A stretch of 64,000 bases of DNA, taken from Paracoccaceae bacterium. Lineage in GTDB: Bacteria; Pseudomonadota; Alphaproteobacteria; Rhodobacterales; Rhodobacteraceae. The first letter of the stretch is position 1, and every line of letters begins with the position of its first letter. The position numbers and the translations under genes are program-made. The stretch lies in contig JAWKWW010000009.1 in the NCBI GenBank assembly GCA_041397385.1, positions 52,016 to 116,015 of the forward strand, read 5' to 3'. Below the pieces are notes generated by a model, which did no database searches, was not told the DNA's origin, and was given only the letters and a program-made list of their open reading frames with translations. Positions 18,124 to 29,411 of the stretch are shown here, piece after piece.

Positions 18124-18815
18124 ATGCCCCAGCACATCACCCTCGTCAGCCACGCGCTTTGCCCCTATGTCCAGCGCATCGCAATCGCACTTGCCGAGAA
18201 GGGCGTGGCGCATGACCGCCTGACTGTCGATCTGGCGAACAAGCCGCGCTGGTTCCTCGACATCTCGCCCATGGGCCGCACGCCGGTCCTGAAGGTAGGC
18301 GCAGCGGCCCTGTTCGAATCCGCCGCGATCCTCGAATATCTTGAGGAGACGCAGCCCCATCCACTCCATCCCGCCGACCCGGTCGAGCGAGCTCGGCATC
18401 GCGCGTGGATCGGCTTCGGCGCAGAATGCCTGAACGACATCGCTGGCTTCTATTCGGCGCCGGACAACTCAAGTCTGAACATGAAAGCCGCCACGCTTCA
18501 CGCACGCTTCCGGCTTCTCGAGCGTCAACTGGGTCGGGGCCCCTGGTTCGCCGACGACACATTCTGCCTGGTGGACGCCGTGTTCGCGCCCGTCTTCAGG
18601 TATTTCGACACATTCGACCGGATCGGCGATTTCGGTGTGTTCGATGGGCTGGAACGGGTCACAGATTGGCGCTGCGAACTGGCCGACCGCCCTCGGTGCA
18701 GGGCGCCGTCGGACCGGACTACGACAACCTTCTCGCCGGGTTCATCGAGCGGCGCGGTGGTGCCCTGTCGCGAATGCTCGGAGAGGGCGCTCGCGCGGTA
18801 CCATCATTTGCCTGA
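18124..18815 (+). CDS. Glutathione S-transferase (frameshift near 18695)
   Basis: LCPYVQR, ISPMGRTPVL, LFESAAILEYLEE. Confidence 0.85.
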
Positions 18816-18830
18816 AACCGGAGCGCAGGA

Positions 18831-19352
18831 ATGCAACATCAGACACAGGAACGACGCGTGCGGCGGGCACCTCGGCGGTTTGCCCACGCGATCACCTTCG
18901 CCCGGCTGACCGAGGTGCCGCCCGATCTCCTGGTTGCGCACATGTCCGATCCGCGGATGGCCGAACACATGCCACTGCTGACCGAACCTTGGGACATCGC
19001 CGCCGCCAAGCGCTTCGTGACGGCAAAGGAAGCCACATGGCAGCGTGACGGGCTGGGTCACTGGGCGATCCTCGCCGATGGAAGCTATGTCGGATGGGGC
19101 GGGTTTCAGAAGGAAGGCGATGAATGGGACTTCGGCCTTGTCCTGCGGCCAGACGCCTTCGGTCTTGGCGCTGCGATCACCCGAGCCGCACTGGGCTTCG
19201 CACGGGCTGATCCGCGCATCGTGTTCGTTACGTTTCTCTTGCCACCATCGCGTCGCAATCTCGGGGCGCTGGCACGGTTGGGCGCCCGCTTCGTCGGCGA
19301 GGTGGACCACGCCGGGGCATCGTTCCGGAAATTCCGGCTCGAGATGGAATGA
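18831..19352 (+). CDS. GNAT N-acetyltransferase (RimJ/RimL-like)
   Basis: GLGHWAI, YVGWGGF, FGLVLRPDAFGLG. Confidence 0.7.
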   Translation: MQHQTQERRVRRAPRRFAHAITFARLTEVPPDLLVAHMSDPRMAEHMPLLTEPWDIAAAKRFVTAKEATWQRDGLGHWAILADGSYVGWGGFQKEGDEWDFGLVLRPDAFGLGAAITRAALGFARADPRIVFVTFLLPPSRRNLGALARLGARFVGEVDHAGASFRKFRLEME

Positions 19353-19396
19353 GAGGCCGAACGGCCGGGACAGAGCACAATCAGGAGAAGAAGACC

Positions 19397-19786
19397 ATGA
19401 CCACAATCGACCACATGAGCCTCGGAGTCGCGGACGTACCGGCAGCGCGAGAATTCTATGTGAAGCTGCTTTCAAAGCTCGGGATTAACTGTCTCGCCGA
19501 GGGAGAGGGCTTCGCCGCCTTTGGACGCGCGCGCGTGGAGTTCCTGCTGCTGGCACCCTTCGATGGTCGCGCGGCAAGCGCCGGAAATGGTGCGCACGTC
19601 GCCTTCGCCGCACCTGACCGCGAAGCGGTCACGAACGCCCATGCCGCCGGCCTCGATGCAGGGGCAAACGACGAAGGCGCACCGGGCGTGCGCGCGACCT
19701 ATCCGATGCCAGGCGTCTTTGCCGCCTACCTGCGCGATCCGTGGGGCAACAAGATTGAGGTCGTCCATGGCGGATTTTCTGCCTGA
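19397..19786 (+). CDS. VOC / glyoxalase family protein
   Basis: IDHMSLGV, HVAFAA, AYLRDPWGNKIE. Confidence 0.88.
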   Translation: MTTIDHMSLGVADVPAAREFYVKLLSKLGINCLAEGEGFAAFGRARVEFLLLAPFDGRAASAGNGAHVAFAAPDREAVTNAHAAGLDAGANDEGAPGVRATYPMPGVFAAYLRDPWGNKIEVVHGGFSA

Positions 19787-20384
19787 AGGAGACAGAGCGG
19801 AAGTCGGCGACCTGCGTGCCGCAATCGCCGCCTGCGGCGCATGTACCGATCTTCCGTTCGGACCCCGCCCAATTGTGCAGATCGGCGCGCGTGCGCGGGT
19901 GCTCATTGCCGGTCAGGCGCCAGGCAGCCGGACGCACATTGCGGGGCGACCCTTCGACGACGCGTCGGGAATGCGGCTGCCCGATTGGCTCGGCCTTGAC
20001 GAGGCCACATTCCGCGATCCGACGAAGATCGCGATCCTGCCCATGGGGTTCTGCTATCCCGGCACTGGCCGTTCGGGTGACCTGCCGCCACGGGCGGAAT
20101 GCGCTTTGCGATGGCGCCAACGGGCTCTCGATCTGCTTGCTAACGTCCAGTTGACCGTCGTCATCGGACGCCATGCGCAGGCTTGGCATTTGCCGGAAAC
20201 CGCCCGTCGGCCCTTGGCGCAGGCAATGCGTGACTGGCGGGCGCGCTGGCCCGAGACCGTCCTGCTGCCGCACCCAAGCCCGCGCAACACAGGCTGGTTC
20301 CAGCAAAACAAATGGTTCGAAACCGAGTTGTTGCCGGTGTTGCGAACTCGGGTCGAAGCAGTCCTCGGCGCCTCATCGACGTGA
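19767..20384 (+). CDS. Uracil-DNA glycosylase family protein
   Basis: GQAPG, PMGFCYPG, LPHPSPRN. Confidence 0.88.
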   Translation: MADFLPEGDRAEVGDLRAAIAACGACTDLPFGPRPIVQIGARARVLIAGQAPGSRTHIAGRPFDDASGMRLPDWLGLDEATFRDPTKIAILPMGFCYPGTGRSGDLPPRAECALRWRQRALDLLANVQLTVVIGRHAQAWHLPETARRPLAQAMRDWRARWPETVLLPHPSPRNTGWFQQNKWFETELLPVLRTRVEAVLGASST

Positions 20385-20563
20385 CGCACATCCGGGCGAT
20401 GTCCCCTCCGACGAAAGCAACCAACGAAGAGCACCTGTTTGATGAGGGTTGGGAAAGAACAGTGCCCTTTCTTGCCAGATCGAATCGTGACACGTGGATC
20501 AATTGGGCCAAGAGGATCAAGGTGCACACCAACTTTTATTTATAGAATCAATGGGTTGTATGC

Positions 20564-20599
20564 GGAGAAGGTTGGATATCAGGCCCATCCCCTCCGCCA
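20564..20599 (+). repeat. tRNA-3'-end-like att remnant
   Basis: ...CCCATCCCCTCCGCCA resembles a tRNA acceptor end; no full cloverleaf present. Confidence 0.4.
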
Positions 20600-20952
20600 C
20601 TATCACCATTGCGAACCCGAGATGAGGTCCCTAGCGGGGCCCTTTCCTTTTTTTTTGGTTCAAAGGGGTTTAACGAGGCCATGCGACTTTCGGAGACTAA
20701 CGATCTGACCGCAATCGGTCTCCGAACGCCCCGCGTCTCTTTCTGTCCGCCCTTCACCTAGATCAAGACGGATTCAAAACTGGTCGTCTTTTCAGACGCT
20801 TGACGAGAATGGAATGCGCCGCAGTTGCGGTAATTTCGTCCGCTATCGGTGCAAACTGAGACACCCGAAGGCGGCGTGATTGTGCGGGCTGATGTGAAAG
20901 ACTGCGAGAAGTCTCTGATGACAAAGAGTCTTTCCACTCATAGCCTGGCGGC

Positions 20953-21789
20953 ATGTCGAATGGGCCCTGGACAGACGAAGAAAACGATCTGATCGTCGCA
21001 GATTACTTTGCGATGCTGGCCGATGACATCGCTGGGCACCGCTATAACAAGGCCGAGCATCGACGGGCGCTTATGCCGTTGTTGAAAGATCGGTCCGAAG
21101 GATCGGTCGAGTTCAAGCACCAGAACATCAGCGCCGTGCTGAAGGGGCTCGGGGAAGACTGGATCCCCGGCTACAAGCCTGCATTCAATTTCCAGATGAC
21201 CTTGGTGGATGCTGTGGCGCGCTGGCTGGCGCTGAACCCGGCCTGGCTTGGTCGCAGTCCTGCTGCGCGACCGCCGACCGGTTTGGCTGACGCCGCGCCC
21301 ATCTGGATCGGACCACCGCCGACGCTGTCGAACCAGCCACCGCCACAGGAGCTGGAGCAGATGCTGCACATCGCGCGTAAGTTCGATGTTGCGGCGAGAG
21401 ACGAGCGAAACCGCACCCTCGGCCGTGCCGGTGAGGAGCGCGTTCTGGCGCACGAACGTGCAGCCCTCAAATCAACGGGCCGCGATGATCTTGCGCGAAA
21501 GGTCCGGTGGGTGTCGGAGGAGGATGGCGATGGTGCCGGCTACGATATTGCCAGCTTCGCGCCGGATGGCCGTCCGCGTCTGATCGAGGTGAAGACGACG
21601 AATGGCTGGGAACGCACACCTTTCCACATTAGCCGGAACGAATTGGCTGTGGCCGAGGAACGGCGCTCGGAATGGTCCCTGTTCCGGCTCTGGAATTTCG
21701 CACGCGAGCCGAAGGCGTTCGAGCTGCATCCACCGCTGGACACACATGTCTCGCTGACGGCAACGTCCTTTCAGGCGAGTTTTCATTGA
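20953..21789 (+). CDS. DUF3883 (NO VEIN C-terminal, PD-(D/E)XK-like) protein
   Basis: LGRAGEE, DGDGAGYDIASF, LIEVKTT, FHISRNE. Confidence 0.85.
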   Translation: MSNGPWTDEENDLIVADYFAMLADDIAGHRYNKAEHRRALMPLLKDRSEGSVEFKHQNISAVLKGLGEDWIPGYKPAFNFQMTLVDAVARWLALNPAWLGRSPAARPPTGLADAAPIWIGPPPTLSNQPPPQELEQMLHIARKFDVAARDERNRTLGRAGEERVLAHERAALKSTGRDDLARKVRWVSEEDGDGAGYDIASFAPDGRPRLIEVKTTNGWERTPFHISRNELAVAEERRSEWSLFRLWNFAREPKAFELHPPLDTHVSLTATSFQASFH

Positions 21790-21792
21790 AGG

Positions 21793-22192
21793 TCAGCGAA
21801 ACGTTCGCTCAGCCTGCTCCTGCCATGTTTCCCCAGCCAGAAAACCCAAATCGTAAAGTCTGAGCGCCGACGCCTCCCGACCGCAGGTCAACCGCTTCAG
21901 CACCTCTGGCGCGAGGTATGCAAGCCGTAGCTGGCGGCTGACATGGCGTTCGGCCAGACCGACGGCTTCGGCCAGTTCCTGGATTTTGACGAACTCCCCG
22001 CCTCCATACGACGACGCCAGCTCCATGCGCGGCCGATGGCGCGCAGGATATGTGGATCCTGTGCTTGCTCCGCGCTCGCGATGCTCGGCGGGAGGCACGA
22101 TTTTCGGTCGCCTGTTCTTCTTGCGCGCCTGGAGAGGGATCAGGATGCGGATCGTGTCGTCAGGTTTTGTCATTCGGCGGATCTCGCGCGGG
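21793..22192 (-). pseudogene. Degenerate HTH gene of the type following integrative-element recombinases
   Basis: IQELAEAVGLAERHVSRQLRLAYLAPEV; frameshifted. Confidence 0.6.
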
Positions 22193-22385
22193 GCGAACAT
22201 CTCACGGATGACCCCCGGCGCATGCCCTCGCGCCGGATATCGACTCGAGCCTGGCGGCTGTCACCGTGATGCGCCGCACAAGGAGCTGGACGATCTGGGC
22301 TTGCTCGGCGGGGAAGAGCTGGGCCCAGACTGTGTCGAACTCGTGGAGCGCCCCCAAAGCGTCGGCTTCAGAGATGTCGGCGGCG
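22190..22385 (-). pseudogene. C-terminal remnant of a large serine recombinase
   Basis: ALHEFDTVWAQLFPAEQAQIVQLLVRRITV. Confidence 0.65.
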
Positions 22386-22946
22386 TTGGTTTTCAGCGCC
22401 GACGTTCGCCGCGCGGTATTCGGCAAGGCTCTTGACCGGCGCGACCTCCTGCACCGCTCCGGTGGCCACGTCGTATACCATGGCTGACACGGTCATCTCG
22501 CCGGGCATGCCCGGCGCATCGGCAAGACGGCCGATATCCGTCATGAGGTCGGCAGCCTGATCGGTGACCGCATATTCAGAGACGTCGATGCCGAATTTCT
22601 GCTGCAGCATGCCCTGCAACTGCGGGTCCGCCAGGCGCTGCGCGCCGCAATTGGTGTGCTGGAGCAGGACGATATTGAACGCCGACTCCTGGCCGCCCGT
22701 CGCTGCGCCGACGAGGACGGTCAGGGTCAGGATTTCTTCGATGACGGCCCTCGTCACCCGGCCACCGTTGTTGCGGGCCACGATGGCCTCGCCCAGATCG
22801 AGGCCGAGGATATGGGCCGGATCGACCCGCGCATCGATGCAGGTCACAATCAGGGTGCGCAACCGCGGCAGGATAGGCATGTCGCCACGCTCGAACGTGG
22901 CCGCGAAGCAGGCGTTGCGGGCGATCAGCTCATTTTGAATGTTCAT
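22368..22946 (-). CDS. Beta-class carbonic anhydrase
   Basis: TCIDARV and QHTNCG zinc ligands; RNNGGR. Confidence 0.85.
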   Translation of the reverse strand: MNIQNELIARNACFAATFERGDMPILPRLRTLIVTCIDARVDPAHILGLDLGEAIVARNNGGRVTRAVIEEILTLTVLVGAATGGQESAFNIVLLQHTNCGAQRLADPQLQGMLQQKFGIDVSEYAVTDQAADLMTDIGRLADAPGMPGEMTVSAMVYDVATGAVQEVAPVKSLAEYRAANVGAENQRRRHL

Positions 22947-22993
22947 GAGGAAGTCTCCATTGTCATGGTTGGAAGTGCGGTGAGCGCGGGGGA

Positions 22994-24088
22994 TCAAGCG
23001 ACGCGCAGGTGCGCGGTATCGCGGAGGCTGTGACCGCCCAGCCATTCGGCGTCGTCCTGCGCGTAGGCCGGCTGAGCGATCCGGACATAATCGCGTGCCT
23101 CCTCGGCAGCTTGCAGGTCGAATGGCCGGGTCAGGAGGATCTTGGCGAACCCGCCCATGGCACCCAGAGTGCGGGCTACACTGCGGCGCAATGCAGGGCG
23201 TTCCTGCACGTATCTGCGCACGACCGTCTCGAAAGGTTCGGGATCGCGCCCGCCTATCCGCGCCACATGATCGGTCGGCGCGCCGACGGCAAAGGTGCCC
23301 CGGCGGTATTCCTCGGCATAGAGTGCTAGTTGCGTGACCGCAGCGACGGAATAGTTCGAGGGGGGGAGCGCCTTGAGCGCTTTGACCATCATGCGCTCGG
23401 AAATGTCCATGTACCGGACCTTGCGGCCCAGCGCGCGGCCCATCGCCGCCGCGATCTCCTCGGGAGACAGAAGCTCCGGTCTCGTCGGGCGATACGTCTG
23501 GCGCGAATGTGTGTCAGGATCGATCAGCGCCTCCGCGACCACACGCGCGATATCCTCGTTCAGCGCCGCGTTCTTCTTCACGCGACCATCGCCAAGCGGC
23601 ATGGTGAAGACGCCCAGATGCGCCGCCATATCCAGAACCATCAGGTAGTTGTCGGCAAACCAGCCCGGATTGACGGTGGTCACCGACATCTCGTCCCGCA
23701 TCCCGATCAGAATATCGCTGATGTAGACCTCGCGGGTGAACAGCGACGGGTGGTTCGCGCTCGACAGCCACTGGCTGAGCGTGACCACGTGTTCCAGCTT
23801 GGCCTCAAAGGCCGCGGCGGTAAAGCCATTGAAATGCGAGCCATTGGGCGCGGTCGGTGCGCATTATTAGGCCCTCTGCGCGCTGCGCATCGCCGAGCGC
23901 ATATCAGGCAGCGCGTATTGATTGGCGACCATGACCTCGGCGCCTGTGCGCTCCAACCGCTCGGACCGGTGGTCGCGCCGCCGAACGAGCGCCCGGACGG
24001 GAAAATCCCGATGCAGCAGCATCAACGCAGTTTGCAGACCGGTTTTTCCGCGGCGCTGAGTGACAAGGATGTTTGGCTTACTGGACAT
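22994..24088 (-). CDS. NmrA-family NAD(P)H-binding protein (frameshifted)
   Basis: NILVT..GKTG..VRALVRR; VNPGWFADNY; EDIARV. Confidence 0.75.
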
Positions 24089-24117
24089 CGGGCGGCTTCT
24101 CTTTGGGATGTTGGTTG

Positions 24118-24137
24118 TCATCTATATTTTTAGATGA
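24118..24137. promoter_or_regulatory. TetR operator palindrome
   Basis: TCATCTA-N6-TAGATGA between the divergent nmrA-like and tetR genes. Confidence 0.6.
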
Positions 24138-24177
24138 TACGCAAAATCCAAACTGTCAAGCCCCGGAGGTCGGCCCG

Positions 24178-24752
24178 ATGCCGAGAATGTCAGCGGACGA
24201 AAAGCAGAAGACCCACGAGCGCATCCTCAAGGCGGCCTCGCAGCTCTTTCGAGAGCGCGGGATCGAGACGACCAGCGTCGCTGATGTCATGAAGGCCGCA
24301 GGGCTGACCCATGGCGGCTTTTACCGGCATTTTGCATCCAAGGAGGCCTTGGTCGCCGCAGCGTTCAGCCACGCGGTGGACGAGGTGCTGTCAGATGTCG
24401 AGGCGGCGCCTTCCGGTCCGGACCAAGCTTCCGCCTTGGACAGCTACGTCGCGCGCGCTACCTTTCGGCCGAGCATGTGGCGGATCGTGGTCAAGGGTGC
24501 CCGCTTGCCGCTCTGGGTGCCGAAATTGCCCGTCTCGACGGCGCAGCGGAGGCCGAAGCATCGGATGCCGTCGAACGCATGGCCCGACTGCTGGCCGCCG
24601 ACGAACGCGAAGCGATGGATAAGGGTGTAGCGACCATGGCATTGCTTCTGGGCACCATCACACTCGCCCGCCTGGCCAAAGCGGAAGGGCTTGCAGACAG
24701 GATTCTCGATGCAGGAAAGCGAGGGACCGCACTGATCGAGCAGCGTTGGTGA
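24178..24752 (+). CDS. TetR-family regulator (frameshift near 24455)
   Basis: SVADVMKAAGLTHGGFYRHFASKE; GCPLAALG. Confidence 0.85.
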
Positions 24753-24784
24753 AGTTGCCGAGAGAAATCGCGAGAGGGCGATCG

Positions 24785-25000
24785 CTACCCTTCCGAACCG
24801 TCCTGCCCGACCGAAGCGCGTCGCAGACTGCCCGGTGAAATATTGAACTCCCGCCTGAATGCGCGGCAAAATGCTGCCTCGGACTGGTAGCCGAGGTCGT
24901 GTGCGATGACCGCTTGCGGAGTCTGTGGTGCGCGCGATGCGATTGCGGGCGATACTCAGCCGCCAGTGTCGGGCATAGGCCATTGGCGCCACACCCACCT
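24785..25000 (-). pseudogene. AraC HTH C-terminal remnant
   Basis: GVAPMAYARHWRL...GYQSEAAFCRAFRREF. Confidence 0.6.
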
Positions 25001-25029
25001 GCGCCGCAAACCGCTTGCCAGCGAGAGGC

Positions 25030-25431
25030 GAGCTTCCACCGCGTTTGCCAGACCGTTGATCGACCAGTCAGCACCGGGACTGCCATGGATCATCGCGAGG
25101 GCCCGTCGATCTGCGGATCACGAAGGCGGCCGCTTTTTTTGGGATGTCGCGCTCCTGCTTCAGAACCGCGTTCTCGCGTCGCAACCGCTTCGCTCGGCAT
25201 GCAAATCGACCGATGCCTCAACCGGCTCACCGGTATCGCGCTCGCGACCGAGCCATCGTGTCAGTGTCGAAAGTCCGACGCCCAGATGTACCGCGATCTC
25301 GCCGCGTTCGGCCGCTCGTCAGCGCCAAAACGAACCGCTTCACGCCGGCACTCCGGCGGCGTCGAGCGTTTCCCGCAGAACACTTCCTGGTTCCTCAGTT
25401 GATTGCTCTCCGCTTTTTCCGGGCAAGTCCA
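25030..25431 (-). mobile_element. IS3-family remnant (left end and orfA)
   Basis: TGGACTTGCCCGG end; LGVGLSTLTRWL...KRLRRENAVLKQERDI. Confidence 0.6.
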
Positions 25432-25440
25432 GGGGGGAGT

Positions 25441-26912
25441 TCAGCCATCCGGCGATGCGATGCAAGCGCGTTGTTCCTGGAAGTTGGGCTTCCACGCGCA
25501 GCCGGGGCCGCCGTTCACGCGGTCGAGGCAAGGCAGCGCGACATGGAAGACGCGCGGGTCGTCGACGCGGGCGGCGATCTGGACGCCTGAAGGCAGACCG
25601 TTCGAGGCGATACCCGCAGGAACCGCCAGAACCGGCGAAGGCGCGAGCATGTTGAACACGGTCTGAAGGTTGCAGTCGTAGTCGCTGTCGAAATCTTGCC
25701 CTTGCGATCATCCGTTCCCACGGCATCTGGTCAGCCCTGACCTCATGCGTGGCGAAGGTGGGGCAGATAAAGGTGTAATACTCCTCCATGAGCGGGCCGA
25801 AGCGGCTGTAGACGTCGCCCGCGACGTCCATGAAGCCAGAGGAACTGTTCGGCGGTCGTGGTGCCCGACCGTTCGGCATAGAAGGCGGTGTAGTCGCAGA
25901 CGAGATCGGGATGGGCCTCGACCTCGCGCGCCGAGCCCATGAGGTGATCGAGGTAGCGCGCAGCCGTCGCGGACATCCGCGCCCAGCCAAGCGACACTTC
26001 CTCGACGCTCGCCCCGGCATCGGCCAGCGCCTCCAGCACCTTCATCGTCTGGGCCGCGACCTCGTCATACGACACCGTTGCCAACATCAAAGGTCCAGGC
26101 GATGCGCTTGCCCTTCAGGTCGCCCCAGCCGGGATCACCATCTTTGCCTAGCGCACCGTCGCGATATCCTGCAGGTGGATGCGAGATGACGTTTTTGCAT
26201 CAGCGCGGTATCGGCCACGGTTCGTGCCATCGGACCGACATGGCAGTACCAGTCGAGGTTGAAGGGCGGCTCATCCGGCACGCGGCCATAGGGCGGCAGC
26301 CGACGATGCCGTTTGCCCCGCCGGGCGCGGATCGAGCCGCCGATGTCCGAGCCGGTGGCAAGCGTGGTGGTCCCGGCGGCCAGCGCCGCCCCCGCGCCAC
26401 CTGAAGACCCCGAACAGGTGTATTCGGGGTTCCACGGGCCTTGCGCGTCACGCCATGGAGGCGCGATGCGGTGATCCAGGCGCGACGAGGCCGGCGTTGT
26501 CGTGCGGGCGTGAAAGGTCAGCGCCCGCCTCCTGCAACCGGGTCGCGACGGGGTGGGTGTGGTCGGCGATGTAGTCCTTGTAAATCAGCAGGCCTTGCGT
26601 ATTGCGCTGACCCTTGACCGGCATTTCGTCCTTGATCGCGACGGTGATCCCTTCCAGCGGCCGCGCCATGTCGGGGCGCTTCAGCCAGACCTCCTCGGCC
26701 CGCCGCGCCGCCGCCATCGCCTCTTCGGCAAAGGTCTCGGTGAAGGCATTGATCACCGGTTCGACCGCCTCGGCGCGGGCAAGCTGCGCCTCAAGCACCT
26801 CGACGGGCGACAGTTTTCCCGCCCGGAAGAGCCTGCAGCTGCTCGGTCGCGGGCGTAAGCAGAGGTCGTGGTCGATGGTCGTCGAAGGCGCAGTCATGTC
26901 AGGCACTTTCAT
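25441..26912 (-). CDS. Amidase signature family protein (many frameshifts)
   Basis: LSPVEVL, INAFT, PLEGITVAIKDE, NGLPSGVQI. Confidence 0.75.
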
Positions 26913-27787
26913 GGGTTGGAAGATCGTGATGGGCGGCGGCGATCAGCCGCGCCGTGTAGTCGTGTTCGGGCGCGGCGAAGATGCGCGCGGTGCGGCCGGT
27001 CTCGACGATCAGCCCCCTTCCAGCATCACCGCCACCCGGTCGGCAGCATGGCGGACAACGGCCATGTTGTGGGTGATCAGAAGAAGCGAGAGGCCGAGCC
27101 GTTCCGCGGAAGGTCGTTCAAGGGTTGATCACTACTCGCCCTGAACCGACACGTCAAGGCCCGCGGTCGGCTCATCCGCGACGATCAGGCGGGGCGAGAG
27201 CGCCAAAGCCCGCGCCACGCCCGCACGCCCCGCGCCTGCCCGCCTGACAATTCATGCGGGTAGCGGTCGGCGAAACCGCCATCGAGACCCGCAAGCGTCA
27301 AGAGTTTCACTGCCTTTCCCCGGGTAGCCTCATGTGTCGGCGGCCATGCGATCAGGGTTCCACCACCTGTTCGGCCAATGTCCGGCGCGGCGAGCGAGCC
27401 TGCCGGGTCCTGGAACATCATCACCGACACTTCGGCCCGCGCCTGCCCTCGGCGCGGTCGGCGGTGGTCAGGTCACGCTCGCCAAGACGGATCGTCCCGC
27501 GTCAGGCCGAACCAGCCCGAGGATCGCGCGGGCCACGGTCAGCTGCCCGATCCGCTTTCACCGATCAGCGCCAGCGTCTCTCGCCCTTGCGGATATCGAA
27601 CCCTGCCGGACGGCGCAGGCCAATCCCACCGATCCGCCGAGGACAGCCCCGGCAGGAGGACGCCGCGACGGGTATAGGTGACGGAAGGTCGCTGACGGAC
27701 AGCACGGGTTCTCCTCCGTCTTCACGCGTCCGGCAGGGTTCGGCGCAGGGGGACCGCACCGGTGGTTCACCCGGCATCCGCCATCAT
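26900..27787 (-). CDS. Peptide ABC transporter ATP-binding subunit (frameshifted, approximate ends)
   Basis: [26 protein letters not shown]. Confidence 0.65.
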
Positions 27788-28568
27788 TGGGCGAGCGCCG
27801 TGTCCGGGTCAGGATGCGGGCGGGGGTCGCGAAGCAGCCGCCGCTGGTCGTCCCTTTGGGGTGGCGAAGACGCGGGCGACAGAGCCGTCTCGCGGATCTC
27901 GCCGTCTTCATCACCATCGCGGTCGCAAAGTGTGGCGACGGTGCCGAGGTGGTGGCTGACGAAAGATCACGGCGCAGCCGGTTTCGCGCTGCAAGCGCCT
28001 AGAAGATCCAGCACCTCGACCTCCAGCGTCGCATCCAGCGCGGTGGTGGGTTCGTCGGCAAGAGGTCCGGCCCAGCATCAGCGCCATGGCGATGGACACG
28101 CGCTGGCTACAATGGCCGCCGACAGTTCGTGGGGATACATGTCGAGCCGCTTTGCCGGATCCGGGCAGGCTGACCCGTCCGAGCGCGTCGATACAGGCGC
28201 GCTTTTCCCGCACGCTCCACGGCTCGCGGTGCAGCACGTCCATGCTGGCCATTGGTATCCAGGTGCGAGCATCGTCCCGGAGTCCTGCGAGATGTAGGAA
28301 ATCCGCGTGCCCCGAAGTGCGCGAAGCCGGTCGGGCGGCAGGCGCAGAAGGTCTTCGCCTTCGAACCAGACCTCGCCCGAGTTGATCGCGGCGGTTTCGG
28401 GTGAAAAACCGGGTCAGCGCCCAGAGAAGCGTCGACTTTCCACGAACCCGCTTTCGCCGACGATGCCCAGCGTCGTCTCTCCCGCCCCAGCCCGAACGAA
28501 ACCCATTTGACCGCCTGCACCGGGCCGAAGCGCACGGCGAGGTTTTCGACCTGAAGAAGCCTCTCCAT
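27770..28568 (-). CDS. Peptide ABC transporter ATP-binding subunit (frameshifted, approximate ends)
   Basis: LLQVENLAVRF, GIVGESG, YPHELS. Confidence 0.65.
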
Positions 28569-28570
28569 CT

Positions 28571-29411
28571 TCAGCCCCTCCGCCTGAGTTTCGGGTCGAA
28601 AGCGTCGCGCAAGGCCTCGCCGAGGAAGGTGAAGCCCAGCTGGCGAGGATCAGCGGCAGCCCGCCCGCGATCACCAGCCAGGGGTGTGGCCGACATAACG
28701 GAAGCCCTGGTCGAGCGCTGATCCCGGCGGGCGGCTTCACACCGACCACCAGGAAAGAAATGCCAGCTTCGGCCGTGATATAGACCGGGATAATACATGG
28801 AAGCGATGATCAGGATCGGGCCGATGGCATTGGGCAGGATGTGGCGCAGCACGATTAGGGTCCGGCCCATGCCCATGGCACGCAGCGCCTCGACATATTC
28901 CGCCGAAGATTTGCGCAACCGAGGACCATGACGCGGGCGTAATAGAAGCCGGGTCGCGACCAGAAGACCGAGAAGGACGCCCATACCGCCGCCGAAGATC
29001 GGCCCGATGGCCAGCTGCGGATGATCACCGGATAGGCGCGCACCGTGTCGAAGCCCGCATGGTCAGGACATAGTCGAGGCAACGCGGACCCATCGCCGCC
29101 AGCATGCCCAGAAGCCCGCCGATCAGGACAGAGAGCGCCGTGGCGACAAGGGCCACGGTCAGCGCGATCCGCCCGCCCCAGATGGCGCGGCTGAAGACGT
29201 CGCGGCCCAGCTCGTCCGTGCCCAGCCAGGTCTTACGCGGCAGCAGGCCCTGGAAGCGGCGGGCACATCGAGCGCGGCCGGATCGTAGAGCGCGATCCAG
29301 GGCAGCGCCGAGAGGACCGCGATGGTCAGGCCGAAAGCCCCATCGGATCGCGAAGGAAGGTGGAAACCCCGGCCGGTCTTGCGTGGCGATATCGGTGCTG
29401 ACGGCGGTCAT
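28571..29411 (-). CDS. Peptide ABC permease, DppC-like (frameshifted)
   Basis: WLGTDELGRDVFSR, RHILPN, LGEALRDAFDP. Confidence 0.7.

Noticed and set aside
20564-20599. Intact tRNA gene
   Set aside because: Only a 3'-end-like segment; no D or anticodon arms recognisable.
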